Source: an uncultured virus (IMG/VR IMGVR_UViG_3300046171_000308)
Lineage: Duplodnaviria > Heunggongvirae > Uroviricota > Caudoviricetes
Reading direction: 5' to 3' (one strand)
IMG/VR virus record: IMGVR_UViG_3300046171_000308
DNA: 64,000 bases
This document shows, in pieces, positions 25,301-35,135 of this stretch. The notes below the pieces were generated by a model. It made no database searches. It had not been told where the DNA came from and was given only the letters and a program-made list of their open reading frames with translations. The stretch's first letter is position 1. Each line of letters starts with the position of its first letter. The translations under genes and the position numbers were made by a program.

Positions 25301-27939
25301 TTAGGAGTTTCTTCCTCTTCGTCTTCATCTTCTTGTGATGGGTTGTTTAGTGGTAAATTATGTAACACTCTTCTAGCTCCGTCTAAGTAGTTGCCTTTCT
25401 TCATCGTAACTCTTAGGTCAAAGTTTACTTTCTTAGATTTCTTAACATTTTCAGTTGCTACCTTTGCTCTACGCTTAGCTTCTTCCTTTGAAAGTCCACC
25501 CCTTCTAAAGATAGCTTTAGCACGGTCTTTCTCTGTTAGCCTTGGGTCAGGGTCAAGATAGATAGAGAAAACATTGGGGAATCTGGCTTCGTAATGCTTC
25601 TTGCCTTGTAGTGTAACTTCTACTATGGCGTACTTACCTTCAAAGTCATCGAAGACTCTACCGTAATAATGGCCGTTTCCACTTACTACATACTCTACTA
25701 ATTTACCTTGTTCAATCATTTTCTTAAATGTGGCCTTAGTAACAAACTTGCGGTCAGGCCCATCGGTAGGTCGACGAGGGCGTGTAGTGTAGGTTGGTGG
25801 TATGCTAGAGTCTGGTAAGTGTCTGTGTAGATATTTGAGAACAGTACTTTTGCCGCCTCCTGATGGCCCACTAATGAGAATGATTTGTAACTTGCCTGCG
25901 TGACGGGGATTTACTACCACTTCAGGCTCTACTGGTTCTAAATCAATATCGGGATAAGATTCTTTGAGCCTTTCACCAACTGCTTGGTAAATTAAATTTG
26001 CATCTTGCTTACCTAAGTCTTCGGGCACTGGTTTACCTACGGTGATGTTTAGATTACTGGAACTAAGAGCGAAGTTTGCTTTGTAAGGGCGAGATAAGCC
26101 AGGAACTACCTCGGCATTGAACCTCATAGAGTATAAATGCCCACCAGAGCTTCTATCACCTGGTGGTGCTAAATTACCATCCTCGTCAGGCACTACGCTT
26201 TGATGGAATTCTCCTAACAGTTCCTCGACTTCTTCCATAGCTAAATTAATCAGGCCATAACTCGATATCCATTTGAGTGTTGTTACTTTTGGTGGTGGGT
26301 TTGGCAAGACATAATTGTGGTCTAAGAAATCTCTTAGCTGGTCTATCATCTGTACCATAGCCTCTTGCTTGTAAGCTTCCCCGCCTTGTTTGGTATACAT
26401 TGTAGGGTGATGAGTAATCATATCTGCCATGTGAACTAGCTTGCAAGCACCGTAATAATCTCCAGCTTGAGGTAAGAAGTCTGTATCTGTAATACCTTTA
26501 CGACCTAGGTCGGTGTTAAGTAAAAAGGTTAGGTCTTCGGTTAACTTATCGGGTAATTTTAGTTCAGGCCCTATTTCCTTTCTAAACATCTCTGCGCCTA
26601 TTTCCCATCCTGGTTCTTTAGCATTTTTTTCTCTTAGTTTAGCTATATCATGGTAAAGTGCTAAAAGATATACTACGTCCATATTGTTGTAGTTACCTAT
26701 TACTGGTTGAGATAGATACTGTCTTAACTTCTTACGAGTGTCACTATCTAGCCCATATTCATTTAGTTTAAACAATCTACCTTTGGGTTGTTTAGTAGTC
26801 GGCGCAAGGTGATGCTTTAGCCACCAGTAAACATACATTGTATGTCCGTACTCGTCTGCGCCATAGTGTTCATGTGCGTAATCTAAGCCTTTTAGTTCTT
26901 CTAAAGCCTTCGCCACGTATTTGTCTTCAACCCTGATAGGCGGGTTTGGACGTAAGGCGAGTAAGGCTGAGAGGGGGGAAGCGGACTTTTTAGCAAGCTT
27001 GCTGCGTGAGTTCTTACGCCTGGGACGAAAGGAAATCTTTGCTATGTTACTGAATTTTTTATTGAACCTATCTACCATTTCTTTGGTAATTCGATTCTGG
27101 AAATCAATATCTGGACTATCCTCACTCACCTCCTTCTTAGCCACTTCTTCTCCTTCTTCTATCAGACCGTCTATCGCATCTATGAAAGCATCTTCTTCCA
27201 TCCTTAGATATTTTTCTTTACCACCTTTTTTACCAGTAATCTTGAAGTAATCTAACTTGTGCTTCATAACTGTATAGAAGTCATTTATCCCCCACCTGAA
27301 GTGTAGGTCTAAGTAAAACTGTATGTCATCAGCGGAGGTTAGACTTGGCTCGTCCTTAGCTGGGTGAGTATGATAAAACATAGTAGCACCTTTTAGTGCT
27401 TTGTTGATTTTTATTTTTGGCATGATGAACGAAGCTCTGCGATGCCATAAATCGTCTCCTTTTTGCCAACCATAAGCCTCTCCTGCGTAGGTTACTCCTT
27501 TCCATAGCCTTTCATGTAGCTGGTCTTTGTTCTTTACCGTATATTTAGTAAAATGCTTTTCTGGATTGTCTATTAGCATTTCGTCCATTTCTTTATCAAA
27601 TTGGCTAGGGCTTATTGGGTTAGGTCTAGCATAATACATATGACCTCTTACTATAGTAACATCCCCTGGTGGGTTTGTTCTTGCATGTGTCATTCCTTTA
27701 GCAGCAAACGATACTAAGCTATATTTGTCTTGTACAGGTAAAGCAAAGTGTGTACTGGTAAGTTGTTTCAGTGCTTGCTTTACTTCTTGAGCAGATAACT
27801 TTCCTCTTATGTATATGCCCCAATTCTTACCTTGTAAGTCCACTACAGACTCTGTTACATAGTGTCCGCCTATCGACTGACCAGCTCCGGGGAATGGAGT
27901 GTTGTCAAGCAACGTTTGAATCTTCATTTTCTGATTCAT
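22381..27939 (-). CDS. 1852-aa multidomain polyprotein (JAB-like, HD, guanylate kinase, DUF3140-like, ParB-like, GNAT, DUF5824-like)
   Basis: HTHP..S.DD; LYHDIAK/ADM; GPSGGGKST+YTTRPRR+HYYG; INM...WAHDP; QEGGHRMEAL; VSPAHRGKNLG...WYESMGF; KGLAAWRTGHRPG..QHQWA..RVY. Confidence 0.85.
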   Translation of the reverse strand: MNQKMKIQTLLDNTPFPGAGQSIGGHYVTESVVDLQGKNWGIYIRGKLSAQEVKQALKQLTSTHFALPVQDKYSLVSFAAKGMTHARTNPPGDVTIVRGHMYYARPNPISPSQFDKEMDEMLIDNPEKHFTKYTVKNKDQLHERLWKGVTYAGEAYGWQKGDDLWHRRASFIMPKIKINKALKGATMFYHTHPAKDEPSLTSADDIQFYLDLHFRWGINDFYTVMKHKLDYFKITGKKGGKEKYLRMEEDAFIDAIDGLIEEGEEVAKKEVSEDSPDIDFQNRITKEMVDRFNKKFSNIAKISFRPRRKNSRSKLAKKSASPLSALLALRPNPPIRVEDKYVAKALEELKGLDYAHEHYGADEYGHTMYVYWWLKHHLAPTTKQPKGRLFKLNEYGLDSDTRKKLRQYLSQPVIGNYNNMDVVYLLALYHDIAKLREKNAKEPGWEIGAEMFRKEIGPELKLPDKLTEDLTFLLNTDLGRKGITDTDFLPQAGDYYGACKLVHMADMITHHPTMYTKQGGEAYKQEAMVQMIDQLRDFLDHNYVLPNPPPKVTTLKWISSYGLINLAMEEVEELLGEFHQSVVPDEDGNLAPPGDRSSGGHLYSMRFNAEVVPGLSRPYKANFALSSSNLNITVGKPVPEDLGKQDANLIYQAVGERLKESYPDIDLEPVEPEVVVNPRHAGKLQIILISGPSGGGKSTVLKYLHRHLPDSSIPPTYTTRPRRPTDGPDRKFVTKATFKKMIEQGKLVEYVVSGNGHYYGRVFDDFEGKYAIVEVTLQGKKHYEARFPNVFSIYLDPDPRLTEKDRAKAIFRRGGLSKEEAKRRAKVATENVKKSKKVNFDLRVTMKKGNYLDGARRVLHNLPLNNPSQEDEDEEEETPKRLSLDDFGLDYKPPTGRTYLGKEFVQAPTTQPELDEVGIDTTGVMESDFLDRKEAKRRERKRKRQIEAQNKKDENQFPQSDLPFDTVQLNEEEEEENPPKDLFDWFEEWSELINMKNKEMKAFMKSPWFKVAGLTPAEAKKMGIKSGQNSFRAIIRMRKKLGLTGPKDYIDYRKPRTVEAFYAKAVDKWNQTDWDWCKTQVRFNKRHSGFPYNKAKESTKGPLIKKQKTQNQPSRRLLGLWVWAHDPWRWARKQGIANMPKCPDVPWVGMTEKRKYGKLEVINGPSTRSNPPPPGIAMFPGELHQGPAALYQQTISISQLNPPRSKPFPWNKARVKKSPFKTMKQAKTTYASWKAGNVIGSTATSSLKSMGKIPRVSGKYELGEKYARMNPPLNIYHSTSRPKTNPVIESGIPGVRMAYMEKPSVFGSEYNWDSEIIEASKHERGLIGEDPITSTSRYLYNEEKDDLYDWTKVVNVGKVVRMSPNDYFDLLTAGGYGIPERSAKVRWPDKGIDYIMSIVAGLKNGQVMTMPTINHSGTSQEGGHRMEALRQMGHADTPVPVMYLHDEERTVSDANPEEEIFIGPHGALTETEFFRKNPHGGAHRIPKKYEGQPMDEHSDLFTDEDKENTIKGLGFKDKATAIKSVNIIKRSGKTHAHKIQAAMAMEQRARFHAHQTPGIKAAQKVYAKFIEEMKKKTKEMRKNPPKISHYPDPDPESPKDMQRIDLHEEGKNIGFLLWYRKDDKIWLELVKVSPAHRGKNLGRLLINELLSKTKGERIHLASKEHLVQWYESMGFKLLEGDTNEMVLQNPSRTPGGKKVPTRYLKGLTKLEKMIAEDEIDKGYKYDVNDPEAYKFWQSDIKATARGLKIGSSKHRDKYYKIYRKNIDKDYKPSGKTSKQKFLNRIRKETKIKKSILEKIYSKGLAAWRTGHRPGVQQHQWAAGRVYAFVVGADSSTGPGKPDHKLAVEAGVR

Positions 27940-30900
27940 AGTATTCGTCTCCTAAGTCGCCTTCTATAACAGAAAAGATGTGAGAATCTTCGTCCGCCTC
28001 TGTTCTTGCGAAGACGCTATTGATAATGGTTTCTTCGGCGGGCGTATATAGGAAGTCTTCCTCTGCATCCATGAATTTCATTCCTTTATCGAGTAAAGGT
28101 ATTTCCCAAGATTCGTAGTTGTTTAGTGCCGCAGTTAGCCACTCTGCTTTGGGATATGGCTCCTTGTCCCACTCTTTGAACCTCTTACGATATTCTCTAG
28201 TTCTTTCGTTCCATAAAGAATTATTAGAAGCTGGGTTAGACCTAATAGGTTCTCGGTTTAAATCACTAAATCCTTTTGATGCAGTAAATGCTCGGTTCTT
28301 CATCTTTGATTTGATGAAATTTCTTTTATCTTCTTCGGATACTTCTTTCTCTAATAACCCGGATAAAATCTCTTTACTATCCTCTTCGGATGTATTTGCT
28401 ACCTCCTTGGCAAAGGCACGACCAAACTGCTTTGCATCTTCGATATTTTGCTCGTCGGTGCGATGATATTCACGTGATAGTAATTTCTTTAGTGGAAATT
28501 GTTTTGTTTGCTGCATGTCTATGCCATCTCTTGACCCGGGAATATTCGGGCCTCTTTCGTCGTATATCGCATCAGCAGAAGCAAAAGATAGCCCAGTCAT
28601 TTCTGGGTAGTAATCAATACCAGTGCCAATGTGCTGTCTTGCGTTATCCCAAATAGGACGGTAATGTGGCTTCCAACCTGACTTTCCTCTTCTTGGAGCT
28701 CCGCGCTCAACGGGGTCGATATATTCTTTTTCTAATGTTGCACTAACATCTCCGAATGAAATATTGCCAGCTGGAAACTGAGTTCCTGTTGGAGATGCAG
28801 GGCCACCGGCTGCAATATATCTTGGTCCACGCGCATAACCATACATTGGATTTGTTCTGACACGTGTTACTTTCATTATTGCTGGGTTTTCTAACTCGTC
28901 GGCTGCAATGGTTCTGACTTTTTTGGTGCTTATTTCTAACCCACCAGCTCCTTCTGCTTGTGTGTGAGAAATATCTCTTGGGCTGTCGCCTGTTTTATCG
29001 GGGCGAATAGCAATAATAACCGGAGGACCAATTAGCCTTCTGCTGGTAAATGCACCTTGAGGCTTCAACCGATAACCACGCTGACGTGCTGAGGGCGATT
29101 GACCGGCTTTTGTTGATTGTTCTAAAGAAAAACCATAAGCCAGTCGAGTATTCATACCTAAGCTTTCGTACTCTACTTCGACTACTACTTTAGGGTCTAC
29201 CCAATATATCTCAGGTGCGGTCTCATTGACTATTGAAGGTACAACATTAGCAAAGCTTTTGCGTTCCCAATCATCGTCTCTTCGCTCACCAAGTATCTGA
29301 TGGAACAGGTCTCGGCGTTTCTCTTCAGTGATACGGAAGTTACCTATTCGCTGAAACGCTACATAAGTAGGGCCTTTAGAGGTTCTTTTACTTACAGCTA
29401 CAACTACTGTGGGTAGTATTTCTTTTTGGTCTTGCCAGTATTTAGCACTGGTGTCAATGCCAATAATGACTGCATCTAGTGTGTATTTTCTCTTTATCTT
29501 ATAGCGGCGACCATTAGCGTGAATGACTAGTCCTTCGTTTTGTAATTCTTCTACGTTACGCTTCCAGTAAGCCTCAAAGTTTTCAGTTATGTTATCGGTT
29601 ACTACTTCGTGTGGCATTATTGAAATTCGGTCATTCTTAGCAGAAGCAAACAAAGCGAGACGCTGAGCAATAGGTATGTCTCTATCTATGTCATTGCCGT
29701 CAAATGAAAGAACATCATGTATGACGAATTTTAGTCTTCTAAATGCTTTATTGTCATGAGTAGAGATTTTACCTTGTGGTTCAGCTTCTTGTTTAGAAAC
29801 TATACTGGTAACAGCCTCCCTACGCGCTACTAGACCTTTATCGTTGTAGGTTACTATTTCTCCGGTGACTATTGCCTCTGTTACTCCCACTTGGCGGCAT
29901 ATATCTTCAAAGGCGTGAGTAAGGTAATTGTCCCAACCAAACAACCCACCTTTGGTACTAATAACTGCACGTTGCTTTTCGCTTTGTATAGAGTCTATCA
30001 TGCCCTCAAACTTTTGGGTCTTGTCTAGGCTTTGCCCGTTTACTTTGAATTTGCCCATTATGTTGAAAGCCATTACGCCAACCCAGCCATCTAACTTGGG
30101 CATCATAGTAATTGATTCGTTTTGCAAGACTTCTTCGCCAACATTTTTCTTAGATATCTCTGTCATTTTTGGGGATTTCTTCCACTCTTCTAAGCGTTTT
30201 ACTAACTTGTTATCTGAATCATTGTGTCCACTTGCAGTACGATAGCAAGGATAGCCCGCATCCACGTACGGGAAACCTTCACCTAATCCTACTTCTTGAC
30301 AAAACATATCTACTCTGGCTTTGAGTTCGTCGAATTTAAGCAAGACATTCTCTGGGTGAGCGTCTACCAATGGTTCGAACTTAGACAGTTCACTACGTTT
30401 AACTGGTATTCTAACTAATCCTGTTGAGTCTTCTAATCGTCCAGGCTTGAAGTGCATACCAAAAAAGAACCCCATACGCTGAGTCGTTTTGTACACGCTA
30501 GTATCAACCAATATTTTTTGTTCTGCTATTGCCTTATTGCGATACTTAACAGAGTTACCTACTATTGCGCCAGCTTGATAGCCGTAAGTTTCTGCAATAT
30601 TCTTGATATCGCTAGCATAATTGAATCGCTCTCCCTTAATTGGTGCATACCATATCTGATAGTTGCGACCGCTAAACATAATCAAATGATTGCGGCCAAC
30701 TTCGTCGAGCATTTTACTAATCTTTGCTACCACTTCTTTGTGCTTGCTTTCTTCTAGCTCTGCTGGGTTATCTATGTCAATCCAGCCAAACTTGGGGTTA
30801 CTTCCATCTTCGTTTAGTACCTCAAGCCACAAATCTCTAAGTCCTTGGTGCATACCACCCTTTAGTGAGTAATATGATGTTGAGTCTACAAACTCTTCTA

Positions 30901-31420
30901 TGTCTTCTTGGCTTGAAATGATAACTTCGCCCTTCTTGCCGTCAATATCTATTCTACCAGATGAACTACTAAACCATACAGTAGCTATTGGGTGGTGCAT
31001 GGTCTTTGCAAGTCTGAACGGCAGAGTCTTTTGGTTGTACTCTAAAATACGCTCTTTGATGATAGCCATTTGTTGTTTGCCTCTATCATCCTCTACTTTG
31101 AATGGTTTAGGTGACCAATCTCTAGTAAATGGCATATCACTTGGTGGCCCGTATGCTTTGGTATAGCTTTCAATTAACTGTGGCAAGATAGCTTCCATAT
31201 AGTCATCAGTAGTGAAATTCATCTCTGAAAAAATAAATACCGGTTCTCCATCTATCTTTTTGTTAGCTCCGTTGTACATGATACCATTGATGAAGAAAGT
31301 GCGACGTGTCAAAAAGGACTCAAGAAAATCTCTGATTTCGGGTATACTTAGTTTGATATTAGCAATGTATGAGTTACGAGCGTAGTTCTCGAAAACTTCT
31401 AGTAAACCGCCTATCTTCAC
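27905..31420 (-). CDS. AEP primase-polymerase fused to ATP-dependent DNA ligase (LigD-like)
   Basis: AEP: IDID, FSGRNYQ, VD, H.K...TGLV; ligase: PKLDG, TGEIV, FVIHDVL, EGLVI, YKIK; OB domain: DAVIIG, P.VVVEVEY, IRPDK. Confidence 0.88.
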   Translation of the reverse strand: MKIGGLLEVFENYARNSYIANIKLSIPEIRDFLESFLTRRTFFINGIMYNGANKKIDGEPVFIFSEMNFTTDDYMEAILPQLIESYTKAYGPPSDMPFTRDWSPKPFKVEDDRGKQQMAIIKERILEYNQKTLPFRLAKTMHHPIATVWFSSSSGRIDIDGKKGEVIISSQEDIEEFVDSTSYYSLKGGMHQGLRDLWLEVLNEDGSNPKFGWIDIDNPAELEESKHKEVVAKISKMLDEVGRNHLIMFSGRNYQIWYAPIKGERFNYASDIKNIAETYGYQAGAIVGNSVKYRNKAIAEQKILVDTSVYKTTQRMGFFFGMHFKPGRLEDSTGLVRIPVKRSELSKFEPLVDAHPENVLLKFDELKARVDMFCQEVGLGEGFPYVDAGYPCYRTASGHNDSDNKLVKRLEEWKKSPKMTEISKKNVGEEVLQNESITMMPKLDGWVGVMAFNIMGKFKVNGQSLDKTQKFEGMIDSIQSEKQRAVISTKGGLFGWDNYLTHAFEDICRQVGVTEAIVTGEIVTYNDKGLVARREAVTSIVSKQEAEPQGKISTHDNKAFRRLKFVIHDVLSFDGNDIDRDIPIAQRLALFASAKNDRISIMPHEVVTDNITENFEAYWKRNVEELQNEGLVIHANGRRYKIKRKYTLDAVIIGIDTSAKYWQDQKEILPTVVVAVSKRTSKGPTYVAFQRIGNFRITEEKRRDLFHQILGERRDDDWERKSFANVVPSIVNETAPEIYWVDPKVVVEVEYESLGMNTRLAYGFSLEQSTKAGQSPSARQRGYRLKPQGAFTSRRLIGPPVIIAIRPDKTGDSPRDISHTQAEGAGGLEISTKKVRTIAADELENPAIMKVTRVRTNPMYGYARGPRYIAAGGPASPTGTQFPAGNISFGDVSATLEKEYIDPVERGAPRRGKSGWKPHYRPIWDNARQHIGTGIDYYPEMTGLSFASADAIYDERGPNIPGSRDGIDMQQTKQFPLKKLLSREYHRTDEQNIEDAKQFGRAFAKEVANTSEEDSKEILSGLLEKEVSEEDKRNFIKSKMKNRAFTASKGFSDLNREPIRSNPASNNSLWNERTREYRKRFKEWDKEPYPKAEWLTAALNNYESWEIPLLDKGMKFMDAEEDFLYTPAEETIINSVFARTEADEDSHIFSVIEGDLGDEYYESENEDSNVA

Positions 31421-34400
31421 TCTTCTTCACCATCCTCTCGGAAGATAAGGTCGTCGGGTCCTGGGTAGTCTGGACCGAATTCTTCTTCTGGCAACTCTGC
31501 TTCTGCTTCTGCTTCTGCTTCTGCTTCCCCGCCCCCTCCTACAACTAGTTCACGAAGTTCTGCAAGGGGTGGCAACTCTGCTGCTTCTTCTGCTGGTGGT
31601 TCAGGACGTGTAAACCTCTGAACTGGTGGTCCAAAGGCTGGTTGCACAGTTGGTGTTGGAGGCTGTTCTATAGTTTGACGACTATAATCTAAGGCTATTT
31701 GCTCATTTAAGACGGATGGTGGAACGGTGATTAAATCTCTAAATATTCTAATCAATTCAGGGGCAGCAGCAAAGCTGAACCGATTTAGAATCTTAGTATT
31801 GCGGTAAGTATTGTATGTTTTCTTAAAGGCGTTAATGAGCTCTTCTTGCTTCATCTCTTGTACTCTTACCGTTTCTATCGCTGCGGCTAAGTCAGCTATT
31901 AAGTTGTAATCGTTGAAAAACGCGGTTTGTAAGTATCGTAAAAACGCTGATACATCATCAGTTGCTAAACTGGGCGGGAGAGATAATTCTCCCGGAGAAC
32001 GTAATAACTCTCCGAAGTTAATGAAAGAAGTAGAAGCAGGGACTAGCGGTATTGCTTGTGAGGTTCTACGCTGATGGGTTCTCGCTGCTATAACTAGCTG
32101 ACGCATCATCAAATGAGCAGGCACTTGACCAGTTTGTACCGTATCAACCGCGCGTTGTGTCAATAGCGGCCACATACTCTTGAGAATTGATTTAGTAGGG
32201 GCGTAGGTTTTTTTATCGTCTTTGTTGTCTTTCTTACCAATAATATTTTTATCAAGACCTGGGATAGCGGTAATATCTTCTTCGACCCCTCCTCTGGTGG
32301 TGTTTCTAACCCCTTCGTCGAGCTGACGAGCAATGTTCGTATACCATCGGTAAAAACTGTTATTGAGCTCTCTATAACACTCTTTCAGTAGTGGGCTATC
32401 GAGAGTATAAAATACAGCTTCTGGGTCTGCGGAGCGAGTAAGTTGCGGATATCCTCCTTCTTGTACTCCACCACGAGGAACTCTAGTAGTTAAGCGTAGG
32501 CCAGAAACAACTTCTTCTCTTGGAGTTTGTGGCCTTGCACTAGTAGACAAATAAGTCGTAATTGCACCAGTGTAATATGCTAATTCGTTTACATAAAAGT
32601 CTCCAGTGTAAAACGCTACAAAGGCGTCTCTCTCAGTACCTTGTAACTTATCGTACATTACACCTAAGTAATCACCAACAAGGTCTGCTCTTAGTTCGGC
32701 GTAGATGTCAATGATGCCGGGTTTGTTGCGTTCATGAGCAGTAAAGGCTCGGCGGTTGGGGCGAGTAAGCTCGCGTATTAACTCGGGGTGTTGGCCTAGT
32801 GGCTCATCTTTTCTTAGCTTGCGCATGTCTCTTTTTACTGTGAAGTAAGCACCTGCATTGAAAATGTGGTAAGAAGTAGATAAGAGTGAGCGACCATACG
32901 CATTCAAATAAGAGTAGTTACCGATATTATACCCAGTTTCTCTGTCGAGTATGATTGTAGATTTAGTCTTATTATCACGAGTAAGCTTTACTGGCATATT
33001 TTCTATGACTATTGTTTCATTTCCAGCATGTCTTAAGTTAAGAGAGTATTGAAACTTCTTCTTCTTTTTCTTTCGCATAACTTTGGTTATAACGAAATCG
33101 GCACCGTTCGCGTCTAGCCAATCATTGGTAATGCGTGGTATTGGGGGTGGTGCATCATCATCTGCGTCGTCGTCGTCATCGCCTTCGTCGCCTTCGTCGC
33201 CTTCGTCGGCATCTGCGTCAACTTCTTCTTCTTCTTCTTCTTCTTCGTCGTCGTCGTCGTCGTCTTCCTCCTCTTCTTCCTCTTTTTCACCTCCTTCGTC
33301 GTCTTCTTCTTCGTCTTCTGCTTCTGCATCGAATTCGTCTTCGTAATCATCTTCGAATTCGTTGTTTTCTTCCTCTTCTTCCTCTTCTTCGTCTTCTTCC
33401 TCTTCTTCTTCGGCAACTATTTCGGCTTCTGTTTGCTGTTGCTGTATAAGCTTGCGTACAACGTCTCGGTCTCTATTGATAGTAACAGTATTGCCTACTA
33501 TGTATTCACTTTGAAGCTGGAGGAAAAAGGCATTGAAAAATGGTTCTAAAATCTGCTTAGCTTTGTCATCAGTAAAATTCTCGTTTGGTACAACGTATGC
33601 TATATCGTTTCTTACCTTGGTTTCTAAGATTTGATTTAGTTTAATGGTAGCAACTAGCGCTTCCCCATACAAGGGAGTTAGTGCTGGTACAATGCTAGGG
33701 GATGTTACACTGTATAAGTAAAAGAAACAAAAAAATGGCATGTCTCCATAGGTCTCTAAAAATGTATCTTGGTCGCTGATAGAGTTTGCTAAATTAATAC
33801 CACCTTGGGTTCTATCTCTTAAATAGGCACTAATACGTTCCTGTCCGCGGTCCGGACCAAAATCCTGATATACATTCTCAAGTTCCATCCGGACAGCAGT
33901 ATTTTCGGGTGCCGCTAAATCAAATCCAGGGTTTCTAATCTGAATTGCTGGGACCGCAGTATAAGTTGTACCGTCTTTTCTGGCTAAAAGCTGTTGACTA
34001 TTATTTAAGAAATATATGGCTTCGCTTACTAAAAATTTAGATACTTTTTCTTGAAAGTCGTCAGCTACAGGTAATAGCTGATAAATTAAGGAAGCCTGCT
34101 CAGGAAATAAAAAATTGAGAATTCCGCTGCCGGATGTTACTTCTCGTGTTAAGAAATGCCGGTCCGCTGGTTCATCTAATGAAAAATGAGCAAAATCAAT
34201 CCCGAACTCCATCCCTTCAAATAAATGTGGTTGGAGGTCGTCGAGGTTCGGCCAGTAGTCGATATTGTCTACTATATCAACCGCAGGCCCTCCATCTATG
34301 CGGGTTCTTCTGGGTATATTGACTAATCTCGGTGGTATTTCGTATGGAATATCTAGTTTGGCAAATTGGTCCTCTTCTAAGCCACTTGGCATTGTAGTGT

Positions 34401-34629
34401 CTAGTCTATAATCGCCATACAGGTGAAAATTGTAAAGAGAACGTGCATCGAAACCTAGTGACCGTCTTGCTCCGTCAACGTATACAGCTTGGTTGCGGAG
34501 ATAATTGAGGTAATAATGGTCCTTTATCCATGGTAGAAGGTTGTTTACTGCCTTCTTTACAAAGTCTTGAGCGCCTTTGCTAATCTTTTCATTAGCAAAA
34601 GGTGAAGAGTTTGCATTGTACTTGGACAT
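31417..34629 (-). CDS. large hypothetical protein with long Asp/Glu tract
   Basis: About 1070 aa; start reassigned to MSKYNAN just after the upstream stop; ~85-aa acidic tract. Confidence 0.75.
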   Translation of the reverse strand: MSKYNANSSPFANEKISKGAQDFVKKAVNNLLPWIKDHYYLNYLRNQAVYVDGARRSLGFDARSLYNFHLYGDYRLDTTMPSGLEEDQFAKLDIPYEIPPRLVNIPRRTRIDGGPAVDIVDNIDYWPNLDDLQPHLFEGMEFGIDFAHFSLDEPADRHFLTREVTSGSGILNFLFPEQASLIYQLLPVADDFQEKVSKFLVSEAIYFLNNSQQLLARKDGTTYTAVPAIQIRNPGFDLAAPENTAVRMELENVYQDFGPDRGQERISAYLRDRTQGGINLANSISDQDTFLETYGDMPFFCFFYLYSVTSPSIVPALTPLYGEALVATIKLNQILETKVRNDIAYVVPNENFTDDKAKQILEPFFNAFFLQLQSEYIVGNTVTINRDRDVVRKLIQQQQTEAEIVAEEEEEEDEEEEEEEENNEFEDDYEDEFDAEAEDEEEDDEGGEKEEEEEEDDDDDDEEEEEEEEVDADADEGDEGDEGDDDDDADDDAPPPIPRITNDWLDANGADFVITKVMRKKKKKKFQYSLNLRHAGNETIVIENMPVKLTRDNKTKSTIILDRETGYNIGNYSYLNAYGRSLLSTSYHIFNAGAYFTVKRDMRKLRKDEPLGQHPELIRELTRPNRRAFTAHERNKPGIIDIYAELRADLVGDYLGVMYDKLQGTERDAFVAFYTGDFYVNELAYYTGAITTYLSTSARPQTPREEVVSGLRLTTRVPRGGVQEGGYPQLTRSADPEAVFYTLDSPLLKECYRELNNSFYRWYTNIARQLDEGVRNTTRGGVEEDITAIPGLDKNIIGKKDNKDDKKTYAPTKSILKSMWPLLTQRAVDTVQTGQVPAHLMMRQLVIAARTHQRRTSQAIPLVPASTSFINFGELLRSPGELSLPPSLATDDVSAFLRYLQTAFFNDYNLIADLAAAIETVRVQEMKQEELINAFKKTYNTYRNTKILNRFSFAAAPELIRIFRDLITVPPSVLNEQIALDYSRQTIEQPPTPTVQPAFGPPVQRFTRPEPPAEEAAELPPLAELRELVVGGGGEAEAEAEAEAELPEEEFGPDYPGPDDLIFREDGEEE
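33150..33411. repeat. trinucleotide low-complexity tract encoding poly-Asp/Glu
   Basis: (TCT)n/(TCG)n runs on the plus strand. Confidence 0.85.
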
Positions 34630-34630
34630 C

Positions 34631-35125
34631 TCAGGCACCCTCATAGCGGAAACGTATAGGTCGAGTGTCCGCTTGAGATGGACCAGGGAGTACTGAGACT
34701 TCAATTTGTAGGTATCCATTACTGTTTAATTCATTAATAACATCAAGCTTTGGTATACTTACGGATTGTGCTCCTGGAGAAGTTGCTACTGTTTTCTCTT
34801 GGCTGCCATATTTTACCCGGACATTTGCGAGTTCATCGCCAGAAAGTCTGAAGTTAAGTTGGATTTGCTCCTTTGCTCCTACGACTGTGTCGCCATCACT
34901 TACTCTGGTTCGTGTAAAGCCTATAGCGGAGACGTCAGCAAGGTAGTGACTTAGTTCTAAGTTGATTAGTTTAGTAATAGGTTTTGCAGGTGCTGATTCT
35001 GGCTCCTTTTTGAAGAAAAGTTGATACGTTCCGCCTAGTAAAAATAAACCGGCTACGACAGTCGCTAGTCCTTGGTCGGTTCTTACAATGTTTCCTCTCG
35101 CGCCCGCGTGATATATCTTTACCAT
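34631..35125 (-). CDS. membrane-anchored protein with small beta domain
   Basis: N-terminal TM helix; GGGGGAGGA RBS. Confidence 0.7.
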   Translation of the reverse strand: MVKIYHAGARGNIVRTDQGLATVVAGLFLLGGTYQLFFKKEPESAPAKPITKLINLELSHYLADVSAIGFTRTRVSDGDTVVGAKEQIQLNFRLSGDELANVRVKYGSQEKTVATSPGAQSVSIPKLDVINELNSNGYLQIEVSVLPGPSQADTRPIRFRYEGA

Positions 35126-35135
35126 AGTCCTCCCC

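Noticed and set aside
33083..33449. Poly-Ser, poly-Lys/Thr and poly-Leu/Arg ORFs
   Set aside because: Alternative frames of the acidic trinucleotide tract
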